A stretch of 64,000 nt of DNA from Methylobacterium sp. (lineage in GTDB: Bacteria; Pseudomonadota; Alphaproteobacteria; Rhizobiales; Beijerinckiaceae). The stretch's first letter is position 1. The number at the start of each line of letters is the position of its first letter. The notes beneath the pieces are model-generated. The model did not search any database. It saw nothing but the letters and a program-made list of their open reading frames with translations, and was not told the DNA's origin. A program made the translations under genes and the position numbers. The DNA is taken from the NCBI GenBank assembly GCA_002928875.1, contig PERO01000016.1, positions 9,519 to 73,518 of the forward strand. The letters run 5' to 3'. Positions 1 through 11,712 of the stretch are shown piece by piece.

Positions 1-113
1 CTCCCTTGGTCGGGCCTCACGGAATTGTCAAATGGGCCTCCCTGCCCCGAATTGACCGCATTGGCATGCTGACCTACTGCAATCTGACGCGTTCCCTGAT
101 CTGCCGAGCCGCA

Positions 114-1532
114 ATGCGCCACGTCGCCCGGTCTGCTTCCCTGCCCTCCCCGGTCCGGATTCTCGCGGCCGGGCTGGTCGCGCTTGCGCTCCTGCTGCAG
201 AGCCTCGCCCCGGCCTTCGCGCAGCAGCAGCGCGGTCCGCGCCTGAGCTTCATCCGCGATGCCGAGATCGAGCAACTGATGCGCGAATATCTCGATCCGC
301 TGCTAGCCGCGGCGGGTCTGCGCAAGGGCTTCATCCGCGTGGTGCTGGTGGCGGATCGCTCGTTCAACGCCTTCGTCGCGGATGGCCGGCGGGTGTTCGT
401 GAATATCGGCGCCATCATGGAATCGACGACGCCGAACCAGATTATCGGCGTGCTGGCGCATGAAACGGGGCATATCGCCGGCGGGCACCTCGCCCGGCTG
501 CGGCAGGAACTCGGCAATGCGCAGGCCATCGCCATCATTGGCACGCTGCTGGGTGGCGCGGCGGTGATCGGGGGCGCACGCGGCGGCGGCGGGCAGGTCG
601 GCTCGGATTCGCGCGGCGCTCTCGGCGCGCTGACCGGCGGTTCCGAACTCGCGCGGCGCTATCTCCTGGCCTATCAGCGCACGGAGGAAGCCGCGGCGGA
701 TCGCGCGGCGCTGAAATTCCTGGCGGCGACCGGCCAGTCCTCGCGCGGCATGCTCGAAACCTTCGAGCGCATGGCGAGCGAGCAGCTTTTCGCCGCCACG
801 CGCATGGACCGCTACCTGCAGAGCCATCCCACGGCGGCGGATCGCGTGGCGATCCTCAGGGACACGGCACCCCAAAGCCCGCATTTCAACGCGAAGGACC
901 CCCCGGCGCGGCAGGCCCGGCATGATCTCGCCCGCGCGAAACTCTATGCCTTCACGAGCAGCCCCAGCGAGATCGCGCGGCGCTACCCGGTCTACGATAC
1001 CTCGCTCGCGGCGCGCTACGCCCGCGCGATCATCGAATATCGCGCCGGCCAGCCCGACGCGGCGCAGCGCCAGATCGATGCGCTGATCCAGAGCCAGCCG
1101 GGCAACCCCTATTTCTGGGAACTGAAGGGGCAGGCCCTGCTGGAAGCGGGGCGTCCCAACGAAGCCATCCCGCCCTTGCGCCGGGCGGTGGCGCTGGCGC
1201 CCGGCCAAGCGCTGATCCGCACGCTGCTGGGCCATGCGCTGGTGGCGACCGACAATCCGCGCTTCGTCGATGAAGCGATCAAGGAACTCTCGAATGCCAC
1301 GGGCCGGGACCCGGAGAATTTCGAAGGTTTCAGCTATCTCGCGCAGGCCTATGGGCGGAAGGGCGACGAAGGCAATGCTTCGCTCGCCGCCGCCCGGGCC
1401 GCGCTCATCTCCGGCCAGAACGAGGAAGCCCGCCGCCTCGCGCGCCGGGCCATGGGGCTTCTGCCGGCGGGAACGCCGGGCCATCGCCTCGCGACCGACA
1501 TCTTCGAACAGAAACCCGAACGCAACACCTGA
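114..1532 (+). CDS. M48 family metalloprotease with C-terminal TPR-like repeats (BepA/YfgC-like)
   Basis: HExxH motif (AHETGH), FNAFV, QRTEEAAAD and LQSHP motifs; signal-peptide-like N-terminus. Start uncertain (ORF is open from 6). Confidence 0.9.
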   Translation: MRHVARSASLPSPVRILAAGLVALALLLQSLAPAFAQQQRGPRLSFIRDAEIEQLMREYLDPLLAAAGLRKGFIRVVLVADRSFNAFVADGRRVFVNIGAIMESTTPNQIIGVLAHETGHIAGGHLARLRQELGNAQAIAIIGTLLGGAAVIGGARGGGGQVGSDSRGALGALTGGSELARRYLLAYQRTEEAAADRAALKFLAATGQSSRGMLETFERMASEQLFAATRMDRYLQSHPTAADRVAILRDTAPQSPHFNAKDPPARQARHDLARAKLYAFTSSPSEIARRYPVYDTSLAARYARAIIEYRAGQPDAAQRQIDALIQSQPGNPYFWELKGQALLEAGRPNEAIPPLRRAVALAPGQALIRTLLGHALVATDNPRFVDEAIKELSNATGRDPENFEGFSYLAQAYGRKGDEGNASLAAARAALISGQNEEARRLARRAMGLLPAGTPGHRLATDIFEQKPERNT

Positions 1533-1580
1533 CGGATAGATCTGGGTCTTCCGTATTCCGCCGACAAAGGACAGCGCCCT

Positions 1581-2354
1581 ATGGCCTTCTCGTTCCCCCG
1601 CCTCGCAGCCGCGAGCCTCGCGCTTGGCCTTTTCGCCCTCCCCGCGCTCGCGCAGCAAAGCACGGCCCCAAAAGCGTTCACGCGCGCGGAGATCGAGGCG
1701 ATCATCCGCGAATACATCGTGAAGAACCCGGAAATCCTGCAGGAAGCCGCTGTCGAGCTGGAGCGCCGGCAGGCCGAGGCGCAGGCCGCCGCCATCAAGC
1801 AGGTGACGGCCGATCCCAGGAGCCCGCTCTACCAGTCGCCCCACCATGTCGTGCTCGGCAACCCGAACGGCGATGTCACGCTGGTCGAGTTCTTCGATTA
1901 CAATTGCGGCTTCTGCAAGCGCGGCCTCAACGACATCAAGCAGCTGGTCGAGACAGACAAGAATCTCCGCGTCATCCTGAAGGACCTGCCGATTCTCTCG
2001 GAAGGCTCGAAGGATGCCGCCGCGATCGCCTATGCGCTGAAGAAGCAGGTTTCGCCGGACACCTACTGGAAATTCCACTTCAATCTCATGGGCCAGCAGG
2101 GCCGCATCGGCCGGGAAGAGGCGCTCGGCGTCGCGAAAAGCCTTGGCGTCGACATGAAGCGCCTCGAGGCCGATCTCGCGAAGCCCGGCTTCGAGGATGC
2201 GGTGGAGGAAACCAAGATGATCGCCAGCGCGCTCGGCATCAACGGCACGCCATCCTATGTCGTGGCGGAGGATATCGTGGTCGGCGCACGCGGCTACGAT
2301 GCGCTGGCGAGCCGCATCGCGAATTTCCGCAAGTGCAAGAAGGCCGAGTGCTGA
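1581..2354 (+). CDS. DsbA family thiol-disulfide oxidoreductase
   Basis: EFFDYNCGFCK CxxC motif, GINGTP cis-Pro loop, signal peptide. Confidence 0.92.
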   Translation: MAFSFPRLAAASLALGLFALPALAQQSTAPKAFTRAEIEAIIREYIVKNPEILQEAAVELERRQAEAQAAAIKQVTADPRSPLYQSPHHVVLGNPNGDVTLVEFFDYNCGFCKRGLNDIKQLVETDKNLRVILKDLPILSEGSKDAAAIAYALKKQVSPDTYWKFHFNLMGQQGRIGREEALGVAKSLGVDMKRLEADLAKPGFEDAVEETKMIASALGINGTPSYVVAEDIVVGARGYDALASRIANFRKCKKAEC

Positions 2355-2537
2355 TAGGCCGAGTGCTGAAATTCCCCGGTTCCGGACCGGATTATGACAG
2401 CCTTTTCGGGGGATTGAAGGCGAACGACGCAACGCCGGCTTTGCAATTCCCGGCGGAAGCGACTAGACACCCCGCCACGGATGCGTCGGCCCGATCCGGA
2501 ATGGGCCGCCATCGTTCGGGGAGTGTCACGCCGCGCC

Positions 2538-2978
2538 ATGCGCCAGATCCACGTTCTCAACGGGCCGAATCTCAATCTGCTCGGCCAGCGCGAACCCGGC
2601 ATTTATGGCGCCGCCACGCTTGCCGATGTCGAGGCCGAGATGCGCGCGCTGGGCGAGAAGCATGGCGTCGCGGTCACCTGCCGGCAGTCGAACCACGAGG
2701 GCGACCTCGTGACCTGGCTGCAGGAAGCCGGGCGGACCGGCGCCGATGTCATCCTGAATGCGGGTGGGTATACGCATACTTCGGTCGCGATTCGCGATGC
2801 CATCAAGGGCGCGGGCACGCGCGCCATTGAAGTGCATATCTCGAATGTGCATGCGCGGGAGGAATTCCGCCATCATTCCTATCTCTCGCCGGTCGTGGCG
2901 GGTATCATCGTGGGCTTCGGGATTGCGGGTTACCGCCTTGCCTTCCAGGCCCTGCTGGAGATGACGCCCGCGCGCTGA
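2538..2978 (+). CDS. aroQ: Type II 3-dehydroquinate dehydratase
   Basis: LNGPNLNLLGQREPGIYG and EVHISNVHAREEFRH signatures; lies upstream of accBC. Start placed at ATG 2538. Confidence 0.97.
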   Translation: MRQIHVLNGPNLNLLGQREPGIYGAATLADVEAEMRALGEKHGVAVTCRQSNHEGDLVTWLQEAGRTGADVILNAGGYTHTSVAIRDAIKGAGTRAIEVHISNVHAREEFRHHSYLSPVVAGIIVGFGIAGYRLAFQALLEMTPAR

Positions 2979-3023
2979 GCCGGCGGGCCAACGAGTGTTC
3001 CGTTCAAGAAGGTCAAATTGCCC

Positions 3024-3548
3024 ATGTCCAAAGACATGCCTGCGAAGAACTTGCCCACGCGGAGTTCGCCGAGCAAGGAGCTGCCGATCGATCCCACGCT
3101 CGTGCGCGAGATCGCGGCCCTGATTTCGGAAACCGATCTCACCGAGATCGAGGTGGAGAAGGGCGATCTGCGCATTCGCGTCGCCCGGCAGGTCACCGTG
3201 CAGGCCGCGCCCGTGCAGCAGATCGTGACGGCACCGGCGGCGATGGCCAGCGCGCCGGCCGCGCCGATGGCCGTGCCCGCAGCGGCGCCGGCCGTGAACG
3301 ATCTCTCGGCCCATCCTGGCGCGGTGCGCTCGCCGATGGTCGGCACGGCCTATCGCCGGCCCTCGCCGGGCGCGACGCCGTTCATCGAGATCGGCACGGT
3401 GGTGAAGGCGGGCGAGAAGATCCTGCTCGTCGAGGCGATGAAGACCTTCAACGAGATCGTCGCCCCGCGCGCCGGCACCGTGACGCATATCCTCATCGAG
3501 GATGGCCAGCCGGTGGAATATGGCGAAGCCCTCGTCGTGATCGAGTAA
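3024..3548 (+). CDS. accB: Acetyl-CoA carboxylase biotin carboxyl carrier protein
   Basis: EAMKT biotinylation motif, SPMVGT, Ala/Pro-rich linker. Confidence 0.97.
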   Translation: MSKDMPAKNLPTRSSPSKELPIDPTLVREIAALISETDLTEIEVEKGDLRIRVARQVTVQAAPVQQIVTAPAAMASAPAAPMAVPAAAPAVNDLSAHPGAVRSPMVGTAYRRPSPGATPFIEIGTVVKAGEKILLVEAMKTFNEIVAPRAGTVTHILIEDGQPVEYGEALVVIE

Positions 3549-3610
3549 CGCATTTGTTTTTTATCGCATTTTCTTCACGCGGACCGGTATCCACTTCGCT
3601 TGAAAATGCC
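3549..3610. repeat. Short palindromic intergenic element of the rhizobial RIME/Bru-RS-like type
   Basis: gcattttc (3566-3573) and gaaaatgc (3602-3609) are inverted and bracket cgcggaccggtatccacttcgc. Resembles, from memory, a dispersed Hyphomicrobiales repeat. Only one copy in the window. Confidence 0.6.
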
Positions 3611-3621
3611 CAGGAGCCCGC

Positions 3622-4980
3622 ATGTTCGACAAGGTTCTGATCGCCAATCGCGGCGAGATCGCTTTGCGCATCCTGCGCGCCTGCAAGGAGCTGGGCATCG
3701 CGACCGTCGCGGTGCATTCCACCGCCGATGCTGATGCGATGCATGTGAAGCTCGCCGACGAGAGCGTCTGCATCGGCCCGCCCGCCCCACGCGATAGCTA
3801 CCTCAACATCCCCTCGATCATCGCGGCCTGCGAGATCACGGGCGCGGATGCCGTGCATCCCGGCTACGGCTTCCTCTCCGAGAATGCCCGTTTCGCCGAG
3901 GTACTGGAGAAGCACAAGATCGCCTTCATCGGCCCGACCTCCGAGCATATCCGCACCATGGGCGACAAGATCGAGGCCAAGCGCACCGCGAAGGCGCTCG
4001 GCATCCCGGTCGTGCCCGGTTCGGAAGGCGGCATCACCGATGATGTCGAGGCGAAGCGCATCGCCGCGGGCATCGGCTATCCGGTGCTCGTGAAGGCCGC
4101 GGCCGGCGGCGGCGGGCGCGGCATGAAGGTCGCGCGCACCGAGGATGATCTCGTCGAGGCGTTGCAGACCGCGCGCACCGAAGCCAAGGCTGCTTTCGGC
4201 GATGATGCGGTCTATCTCGAGAAATATCTCGAGAAGCCGCGCCATATCGAGATCCAGGTGCTCGGCGACGGCCAGGGCGATGCGATCCATCTCGTCGAGC
4301 GCGATTGCTCGCTGCAGCGTCGCCACCAGAAGGTGTGGGAGGAAGGCCCCTCGCCCGCATTGAACACCGAGGCGCGCGACCGGATCGGCGGAATCGTCGC
4401 CAACGCGATGAAGAAGCTTGGCTATCGTGGCGCGGGCACCATCGAGTTCCTCTACGAGAACGGCGAGTTCTACTTCATCGAGATGAACACGCGCATCCAG
4501 GTCGAGCATCCCGTCACGGAGATGATCACTGGCATCGATCTCGTGAACGAGCAGATCAAGGTCGCGGCCGGCGCGGGCCTTTCGGTGAAGCAGTCGGATG
4601 TGAAGGTGAATGGCCACGCGATCGAATGCCGCGTGAATGCCGAGCACCCCGCGACCTTCCGCCCCTCGCCGGGGCTGGTCAGCTATTTCCACCCGCCGGG
4701 CGGGCTGGGCGTGCGCGTCGATTCGGCGGTCTATCAGGGCTATCGCATCCCGCCGAATTACGATTCGCTCGTGGCGAAGCTCATCGTGCATGGCCGCACG
4801 CGCAACGAATGCCTGATGCGCCTCAGGCGCGCGCTCGACGAATTCGTCGTCGATGGCATCGAGACGACATTGCCCTTGTTCCGCACGCTCGTGCGCAATG
4901 CCGAGATCCAGGACGGGCTCTACGATATCCACTGGCTGGAAAAGTTCCTGAAGGCCGGCGGGATGGACGAGCCGGCGTGA
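3622..4980 (+). CDS. accC: Acetyl-CoA carboxylase biotin carboxylase
   Basis: [47 protein letters not shown]. Confidence 0.98.
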   Translation: MFDKVLIANRGEIALRILRACKELGIATVAVHSTADADAMHVKLADESVCIGPPAPRDSYLNIPSIIAACEITGADAVHPGYGFLSENARFAEVLEKHKIAFIGPTSEHIRTMGDKIEAKRTAKALGIPVVPGSEGGITDDVEAKRIAAGIGYPVLVKAAAGGGGRGMKVARTEDDLVEALQTARTEAKAAFGDDAVYLEKYLEKPRHIEIQVLGDGQGDAIHLVERDCSLQRRHQKVWEEGPSPALNTEARDRIGGIVANAMKKLGYRGAGTIEFLYENGEFYFIEMNTRIQVEHPVTEMITGIDLVNEQIKVAAGAGLSVKQSDVKVNGHAIECRVNAEHPATFRPSPGLVSYFHPPGGLGVRVDSAVYQGYRIPPNYDSLVAKLIVHGRTRNECLMRLRRALDEFVVDGIETTLPLFRTLVRNAEIQDGLYDIHWLEKFLKAGGMDEPA

Positions 4981-4999
4981 GGGCTTCCGGATTTCGGGC

Positions 5000-5674
5000 A
5001 TGAGCGAGGACTTCCCCGTCACGCCCGAGATCCTGCTGCGCGCCTATGCCGCCGGCATCTTCCCCATGGCGGAGAGCGCGGATGATCCCGGCCTCCACTG
5101 GATCGAGCCCAAGCTGCGCGGCATCATTCCGCTCGAGGAATTTCATCTGCCGCATCGCCTCGCGCGGCTCGTGAAGCACCATGATTACGAGGTGCTGGCT
5201 GACCGCGATTTCGCCGGCGTGATCGCGGCCTGCGCCGCCCCGCGCGGGCCCGAGCGCGAGACCTGGATCAACAGTCCCATCCGCCGGCTCTATGGCGCCC
5301 TGTTCGAGATGGGGCATTGCCACACCATCGAGGTGCGCAAGGCGGGCGAGCTCGTCGGCGGGCTCTACGGCGTCTCGATCGGCGCGGCCTTCTTCGGCGA
5401 GAGCATGTTCCACCGCGAGCGGGATTGCTCGAAGCTCGCGCTCGTCCATCTCGTGGCGCGGCTGCGCGCCGGCGGTTACCGGCTGCTCGACACGCAGTTT
5501 GTCACGGATCACCTGCGCCAGTTCGGCGCGATCGAGATCCCGCGGCTGCGCTACCGGACGATGCTGGAACGCGCGATTCACCAGCGCGCGGATTTCGGCA
5601 TCTGGCCGAAGGATGTCACCCCCACGCCGGAGATCGTGCTGGCCGCCCTGGCTGAGACGCCTCAGCGGCCCTGA
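5000..5674 (+). CDS. aat: Leucyl/phenylalanyl-tRNA--protein transferase
   Basis: [31 protein letters not shown] motifs. Confidence 0.96.
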   Translation: MSEDFPVTPEILLRAYAAGIFPMAESADDPGLHWIEPKLRGIIPLEEFHLPHRLARLVKHHDYEVLADRDFAGVIAACAAPRGPERETWINSPIRRLYGALFEMGHCHTIEVRKAGELVGGLYGVSIGAAFFGESMFHRERDCSKLALVHLVARLRAGGYRLLDTQFVTDHLRQFGAIEIPRLRYRTMLERAIHQRADFGIWPKDVTPTPEIVLAALAETPQRP

Positions 5675-6321
5675 CCGGCCGGATCGCGCAAGCCACCTGC
5701 CCCGTTATTGGTGGGGAAGAAGCGCTGCTGCGGCGCGGGCCGGGGCGGTTGTGTGGCACCGGGAGGCGCGCCCGCGCCCGGCAGGCGCAGGGGCGCGTTG
5801 TTCGCACCGGCAGGCCCCGGCGGCCGGGAACCCGGCAGGGGTTGCGCGGGCCGGGCATTGCGGCGGGTCTCGGCGGGCAAGGGTGGCGGCGGCTCGTCTT
5901 CCACTTCCGGCGCGGTCTTGATGATATCCTTGCCGCCTTTGCACTCGGACAGCCAGATATCATAGACCGCGTGCTCGATGGCGTTGAGCCCGGGGCTCGA
6001 GGCGAACATCCAGCCGGTGAAGAGCCGCTTGTAGCTGTTGTCGAAGCCGACCTCATCCACTTCCACGAAGCTCGTGGTCTGCGGATTCTCGTATTCCGGC
6101 CGCGAGTAGCAGACGCGCGCCGTCAATTGCAGCGAACCGAACTGCACGGTCTCATCCACAGCCGCCTCGAAGGTGATGATCCGCCCGGTGATCTTGTCGA
6201 GTCCGGAGAACACCGCCATCGGGTTCTTGATCTTGTCGGCTCGCGCCGGCACCACGGCAAGCGCGAGCAGGGCCGTGGCGGCGAAACCGGAAATGCGGAG
6301 AGAACGGCTCATCGGCGGCAT
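5662..6321 (-). CDS. DUF2155 family protein with Pro-rich tail
   Basis: GLDKITGR and [24 protein letters not shown] motifs; signal peptide; usual neighbour of aat. Confidence 0.85.
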   Translation of the reverse strand: MPPMSRSLRISGFAATALLALAVVPARADKIKNPMAVFSGLDKITGRIITFEAAVDETVQFGSLQLTARVCYSRPEYENPQTTSFVEVDEVGFDNSYKRLFTGWMFASSPGLNAIEHAVYDIWLSECKGGKDIIKTAPEVEDEPPPPLPAETRRNARPAQPLPGSRPPGPAGANNAPLRLPGAGAPPGATQPPRPAPQQRFFPTNNGAGGLRDPAGQGR

Positions 6322-6422
6322 AGGGCCCTGAAAACTCGGTCATCCGGGAGCGACGTCCCGCTGCCCGGCCCGCGGGCTCTAGCACGCGAATCGTGCCGGA
6401 AAAAGGGCGGTGCCAACCGGCT

Positions 6423-6833
6423 TCAGCGCGCGGGGTCCCACGGTTCGTAATCGCCCGTCGCCGGCGGACGCTCGCCGGAACGCAGCACCGAGCCTTCCGG
6501 GCGGTAGGCGTTGGGCGTGCCGGTGGCGTTCGGCTTGTGAGGCTGCTCCCACTCGCGCGGGCGGTAATCCTCCTGCGCGGGCGTTGTATCGAAGCGGTGA
6601 TGCATCCAGCCATACCAGCCCGGCGGGATTTTCGAGGCGTCGGCTTCACCGTTGTAGATCACCCAGCGACGCTCATGGCCAAGCGCGGGGTCCTTCGCGC
6701 CGCCACGGCTGCGGTAATAGGTGTTGCCGAACTCGTCGGTGCCGACCTTCTCGCCCTTGCGCCAGGTGAAGAGTCGCGTGCCGAGCGTCTGCCCGTTCCA
6801 CCAGGTGAAGAACTGGAGAAGGAAGGTCTTCAT
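6423..6833 (-). CDS. NADH:ubiquinone oxidoreductase subunit NDUFA12-like protein
   Basis: VGTDEFGNTYY, RRWVIY, IPPGWYGWMH, PNATGT motifs. Confidence 0.92.
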   Translation of the reverse strand: MKTFLLQFFTWWNGQTLGTRLFTWRKGEKVGTDEFGNTYYRSRGGAKDPALGHERRWVIYNGEADASKIPPGWYGWMHHRFDTTPAQEDYRPREWEQPHKPNATGTPNAYRPEGSVLRSGERPPATGDYEPWDPAR

Positions 6834-7290
6834 GCGCGCCTCGAACCAGGATGCGACGGGAGCCCGGATGCGCCGGGCAAGTCTCGTCCGCGCTTCTCGC
6901 AAATTCGGCCTGCCGCGTAAAGGCGCTTCGCGCGCGCATCATCCACAGGGATGCGGCTTGCGGCGGCTCTCCGGCCGAGGCCTGTCATGCGCCTGACATG
7001 CACCTGGCATGCGCTACATGCGCGGACGCTGAGTCGCACGGTCGGCGGCCACCTCGCAGGGCGATTCTTGCGCAACCCAGGCGCGATTCGACCCCGCGTG
7101 TTCACCACAGGCTGCGGCGGATCCGGCCCGATCGGGCCCCGGAAATGCCTCTGCGAAGGCGCGGGAACCGGCAGAATCCGGCTTGATTTTTTGCGCTTCC
7201 CTGTTCGTGCCGTTCGCCGGAATGGAATCCGCAAAAGAATAGAGGACTTTGGCGAGAATCGCCCATTTGTCCCCAACATTCACAACTTCT

Positions 7291-7338
7291 CCACCAGATG
7301 TTGCGATCCTGAGCATCGGGCATAACTAGATGTTGACG
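7291..7338 (+). promoter_or_regulatory. Tandem NrdR boxes upstream of the ribonucleotide reductase
   Basis: ccaCcAgATgTtGcga (7291-7306) and taaCtAgATgTtGacg (7323-7338) fit the acaCwAtATaTwGtgt consensus and start 32 bp apart. Confidence 0.8.
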
Positions 7339-7604
7339 TGGCTTCGTCGTGCAATCTAGCTTGCCAGAACCAAAGACTTGCGGACCGCACGGCTTTTCAC
7401 GAAGGCGCGTGCCGGACCAACCACCCGATGGCCGGACCGGGGAGAAACCCCGGCAAGCGCACAAGAGGATGGAACCGCGAGACGGCGGAGGGGCGTTGAA
7501 CATAACGACAAATCGGCAGGCGGGGTCCGCGCGGTTCAAGCGTGGCTCGACGGGATGATCGTCCCGTCATGAACATGGGCCCGGGACGGCCCAAGGGGAC
7601 TGAT

Positions 7605-10600
7605 ATGAAATTCGAACGGATCCACACCCAGGCAGGCCAGTCCCCGTATGCGGGGATCACCTTCCATACGACCAAGTCGGAGATCAAGAATCCCGACGGG
7701 TCGATCGTGTTTCGCCTCGAGGGGCTGGAGGTTCCCGATTTCTGGAGCCAGGTCGCGGCCGATGTGCTGGCGCAGAAATATTTCCGCAAGGCGGGCGTGC
7801 CGGCGAAGCTGAAGCGCGTGGAAGAGAACGATGTCCCCTCGTTCCTCTGGCGCTCCGTGCCCGATGAGGCCGCCCTCGCCAGCCTGCCCGAGGCTGAGCG
7901 CTATGGCTCGGAAACGAGCGCCAAGCAGGTCTTCAACCGCCTCGCCGGCTGCTGGACCTATTGGGGCTGGAAGGGTGGCTATTTCACCTCCGAGGCCGAT
8001 GCCCACGCCTTCTATGACGAGATGTGCTTCATGCTGGCGACCCAGCGCGTGGCCCCGAACTCGCCGCAATGGTTCAACACCGGCCTGCACTGGGCCTATG
8101 GCATCGACGGTCCCGGCCAGGGCCATTTCTACGTCGATTACAAGACCGGCAAGCTCACGAAGTCGAAATCCTCCTACGAGCATCCGCAGCCGCATGCCTG
8201 CTTCATCCAGGCCGTGAAGGACGACCTCGTGAACGAGGGCGGCATCATGGATCTCTGGGTGCGGGAAGCGCGCCTCTTCAAATATGGTTCGGGCACGGGC
8301 TCGAACTTCTCGGCCCTGCGCGGCGAGGGCGAGCGTCTCTCGGGCGGCGGGCGCTCCTCGGGCCTGATGAGCTTCCTCAAGATCGGCGACCGCGCGGCGG
8401 GCGCGATCAAGTCGGGCGGCACCACGCGTCGCGCCGCGAAGATGGTGGTGGTCGATGCCGATCACCCCGATATCGAGACCTATATCGACTGGAAGGTGAA
8501 GGAAGAGCAGAAGGTCGCGGCCCTCGTGACCGGCTCGAAGATCGTCCAGAAGCACCTGAAGGCGATCATCAAGGCTTGCGTGAACTGCGACGGCCCGGGT
8601 GATGCCTGCTTCGACCCCGAGCAGAACCCGGTGCTGAAGCGCGAGATCAAGGCCGCGCGCAAGATGATGGTGCCGGACAATTACATCAAGCGCGTCATCC
8701 AGTTCGCGAAGCAGGGCTACACCGATATCGCCTTCGACACATACGACACCGATTGGGACAGCGAAGCCTATCTCACGGTGGCCGGCCAGAACTCGAACAA
8801 CTCGGTTTCGCTGAAGGATGACTTCCTGCGCGCGGTCGAGAATGACGGCGAGTGGAAGCTGATCCGCCGCACCGACGGCAAGATCGCCAAGACTCTCAAG
8901 GCCCGCGACCTGTGGGAGAAGATCGGCTACGCCGCCTGGGCCTCGGCCGATCCGGGCCTGCATTTCAACACGACGATGAACGACTGGCATACCTGCCCGG
9001 CCTCGGGGCGCATCAACGCCTCGAACCCGTGCTCGGAATACATGTTCCTCGACGACACCGCCTGCAACCTCGCCTCGATGAACCTGCTGCGGTTCTATGA
9101 TGCCGAGGCACGCCAGTTCGACATCAAGGCCTACGAGCACACGATCCGCCTCTGGACCCTCGTGCTCGAAATCTCGGTCACGATGGCGCAGTTCCCCTCG
9201 AAGGAGATCGCGGAACTCTCCTACGAATTCCGCACCTTGGGTCTCGGCTACGCCAATATCGGCGGCCTGCTGATGACCATGGGCCTCTCCTACGATTCCG
9301 ATCAGGGCCGCTCACTCTGCGGTGCGCTGACCGCTGTCATGACCGGCATCTCGTACCGCACCTCGGCCGAGATCGCTTCGGAAGTCGGCCCCTTCCCCGG
9401 CTACAAGAAGAACGCGGCGCATATGCTGCGCGTCATCCGCAACCACACCCGCGCCGCGCATGGCAAGGCCGAGGGCTATGAGGGCCTCTCGGTCAACCCG
9501 GTGCCGCTCGACCATGCGAACTGCCCGATTCCGGCGCTGCTGCCGCGCGCCACGCTCGCCTGGGATGAGGCGCTCGCGCTCGGCGAGAAGCACGGCTATC
9601 GCAACGCGCAGGTCTCGGTCATCGCCCCCACGGGCACGATCGGCCTCGTGATGGATTGCGACACCACCGGCATCGAGCCCGATTTCGCGCTGGTGAAGTT
9701 CAAGAAGCTCGCGGGCGGCGGCTATTTCAAGATCATCAACCAGGCGGTTTTGCCCGCGCTCCGCACGCTCGGCTATTCCGAGGCGCAGATCGGCGAGATC
9801 GAGGCCTATGCGGTGGGCCATGGCTCGCTGCGCCAGGCGCCCGGCATCAACCACACGAGCCTCGCCGCGAAAGGCTTCACGGCCGAGACGCTGGAGAAGC
9901 TCGAGAAGGCCCTGCCTTCCGCCTTCGACATCAAGTTCGTCTTCAACCGCTGGACCCTCGGCGACGAGCAGATGAAGGCGCTCGGCGTCACCGACGAGCA
10001 GCTCAACGACATGAGCTTCGAGCTTCTGCCCTTCCTCGGCTTCGCGAAGAAGGAGATCGAGGCCGCGAACATCCATGTCTGCGGCGCGATGACCCTCGAA
10101 GGTGCCCCGCACCTGCGAACCGAGCATTACCCGGTCTTCGATTGCGCCAATCCCTGCGGCCGCCTCGGCAAGCGCTATCTCTCGGTCGAGAGCCACATCC
10201 GCATGATGGCGGCGGCGCAGCCCTTCATCTCGGGCGCGATCTCGAAGACCATCAACATGCCGAACGAGGCGACGGTCGAGGATTGCAAGAGCGCCTATCT
10301 CCTCTCCTGGAAGCTCGCGCTGAAGGCGAACGCCCTCTATCGCGATGGCTCGAAGCTCAGCCAGCCCCTGAACTCGGCCCTGATCGAGGACGAGGCCGAG
10401 GATGCCGACGAGGCAGTGGAAGCGCTCCTCGCCCAGCCGGCGGCGGCGCGCACCGTGCAGGTCACGGAAAAGATCATCGAGCGCGTCATCGAGCGTATCG
10501 AGAAGATCCGCGAGCGCGAGAAGCTGCCGAACCGCCGCAAGGGCTACACGCAGAAGGCGATCGTCGGCGGCCACAAGGTCTATCTGCGCACCGGCGAATT

Positions 10601-11318
10601 CGATGACGGCCGCCTGGGCGAGATCTTCATCGACATGCACAAGGAGGGCGCCGCCTTCCGCGCGATGATGAACAACTTCGCGATCGCCATCTCGCTCGGC
10701 CTGCAATACGGCGTGCCGCTCGAGGAATATGTCGATGCCTTCACCTTCACCCGGTTCGAGCCGGCGGGCATGGTGCAGGGCAACGACGCGATCAAGAACG
10801 CGACCTCGATCCTCGATTACGTGTTCCGCGAGCTCGCCGTCTCCTATCTCGGCCGCGAGGATCTGGCCCATGTGACGCCGGATGATCTCGGCTCCACGAC
10901 CATCGGTCGCGGCGACGAGGCCGAGGGCCTGCCGGAAGACGCCGCTCCGCCGCCCGCGACGCGGCACATCTCCACCGGCCTCGTGCGCGGGCGTTCCACC
11001 AACCTCCTCGCGGTGACGGGGGGCGGCACCACCGCTCAGGCCTCCTCCACGGTCTATGCCTTGCACACCTCGGGCGCGACCGCGCTGAAGCCCGATGCCG
11101 ACATCGCCGCGGCGATCGAAAGCCTCGGCTTCGCGGAAGCGGCCGCAGCAAAGGCAAGCCCGGCCGCGAAGGCCGACGACATGGCCACCAAGCGCTCCAT
11201 CGCCAAGATGAAGGGCTATGTGGGCGATGCCTGCGGCGAATGCGGCAACTTCACGCTCGTGCGCAACGGCACGTGTCTGAAGTGCGACACGTGTGGCAGC
11301 ACGACCGGGTGTTCGTGA
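7605..11318 (+). CDS. nrdJ: Vitamin B12-dependent (class II) ribonucleotide reductase with C-terminal TSCPD-like domain and Zn ribbon
   Basis: [40 protein letters not shown], terminal CGECG..CDTCG. Start placed at ATG 7605. Confidence 0.96.
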   Translation: MKFERIHTQAGQSPYAGITFHTTKSEIKNPDGSIVFRLEGLEVPDFWSQVAADVLAQKYFRKAGVPAKLKRVEENDVPSFLWRSVPDEAALASLPEAERYGSETSAKQVFNRLAGCWTYWGWKGGYFTSEADAHAFYDEMCFMLATQRVAPNSPQWFNTGLHWAYGIDGPGQGHFYVDYKTGKLTKSKSSYEHPQPHACFIQAVKDDLVNEGGIMDLWVREARLFKYGSGTGSNFSALRGEGERLSGGGRSSGLMSFLKIGDRAAGAIKSGGTTRRAAKMVVVDADHPDIETYIDWKVKEEQKVAALVTGSKIVQKHLKAIIKACVNCDGPGDACFDPEQNPVLKREIKAARKMMVPDNYIKRVIQFAKQGYTDIAFDTYDTDWDSEAYLTVAGQNSNNSVSLKDDFLRAVENDGEWKLIRRTDGKIAKTLKARDLWEKIGYAAWASADPGLHFNTTMNDWHTCPASGRINASNPCSEYMFLDDTACNLASMNLLRFYDAEARQFDIKAYEHTIRLWTLVLEISVTMAQFPSKEIAELSYEFRTLGLGYANIGGLLMTMGLSYDSDQGRSLCGALTAVMTGISYRTSAEIASEVGPFPGYKKNAAHMLRVIRNHTRAAHGKAEGYEGLSVNPVPLDHANCPIPALLPRATLAWDEALALGEKHGYRNAQVSVIAPTGTIGLVMDCDTTGIEPDFALVKFKKLAGGGYFKIINQAVLPALRTLGYSEAQIGEIEAYAVGHGSLRQAPGINHTSLAAKGFTAETLEKLEKALPSAFDIKFVFNRWTLGDEQMKALGVTDEQLNDMSFELLPFLGFAKKEIEAANIHVCGAMTLEGAPHLRTEHYPVFDCANPCGRLGKRYLSVESHIRMMAAAQPFISGAISKTINMPNEATVEDCKSAYLLSWKLALKANALYRDGSKLSQPLNSALIEDEAEDADEAVEALLAQPAAARTVQVTEKIIERVIERIEKIREREKLPNRRKGYTQKAIVGGHKVYLRTGEFDDGRLGEIFIDMHKEGAAFRAMMNNFAIAISLGLQYGVPLEEYVDAFTFTRFEPAGMVQGNDAIKNATSILDYVFRELAVSYLGREDLAHVTPDDLGSTTIGRGDEAEGLPEDAAPPPATRHISTGLVRGRSTNLLAVTGGGTTAQASSTVYALHTSGATALKPDADIAAAIESLGFAEAAAAKASPAAKADDMATKRSIAKMKGYVGDACGECGNFTLVRNGTCLKCDTCGSTTGCS

Positions 11319-11323
11319 GAAAT

Positions 11324-11382
11324 ATGAGGCCCTGAGATCGCCCCGCTAGGAAAAGCGGCTACCCGATCTCAGGCTACCTCAT
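11324..11382. terminator. Long imperfect hairpin immediately after nrdJ
   Basis: Nested inverted pairs atgagg/cctcat, cctgagatcg/cgatctcagg and ccgct/agcgg. No U-tract. Confidence 0.45.
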
Positions 11383-11585
11383 CCCAAGACGTCGGCCCAA
11401 AGGAGTCCTCTGCTATGCAAGACCAACCGATGGATACCCGACCTCCACTTGGGGCGTCCAAAAGCTGAAGTACAAGGCTTAAGGACTAGCGATGCTCTGA
11501 TGAACGGCGCGAAGTTCCGTTCCGATCAGGCGCCTTAAACGCAACCCTTTTTGGGCTGCGCCGGCGTGGCCCGGAGGATTACGCA

Positions 11586-11672
11586 ATGCGGAAATCTTTC
11601 CGGATCACCGTGAACATCAATGTTGCAGCATGCTTCTGGGCAATCGCGGCAATCATCAAGATGCTCAAATAA
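11586..11672 (+). CDS. 28-aa hydrophobic peptide MRKSFRITVNINVAACFWAIAAIIKMLK (not in the ORF track)
   Basis: GGAGG at 11573-11577, ATG at 11586, TAA at 11670-11672, followed directly by a terminator-like hairpin. Confidence 0.55.
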   Translation: MRKSFRITVNINVAACFWAIAAIIKMLK

Positions 11673-11711
11673 ACAGGGAGGCGGGAGCGAAAGCTCTCGC
11701 CTTTCCTGTTT
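11671..11711. terminator. Rho-independent terminator-like hairpin, possibly bidirectional
   Basis: aaacagggaggcgggagc-gaaa-gctctcgcctttcctgttt: long stem with a GAAA tetraloop. Confidence 0.7.
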
Positions 11712-11712
11712 C

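Noticed and set aside
303-2432. Long antisense and alternative-frame ORFs (also 7536-9140, 9312-11066, 16806-18836, 22704-24863, 40184-41926, 43654-45456, 58411-60039)
   Set aside because: Shadow ORFs of well-supported genes in high-GC DNA, with no recognisable motifs.
7605-11318. Intein or intron in nrdJ
   Set aside because: Catalytic motifs are contiguous, with no splice-junction or homing-endonuclease motifs. The length is explained by C-terminal domains.
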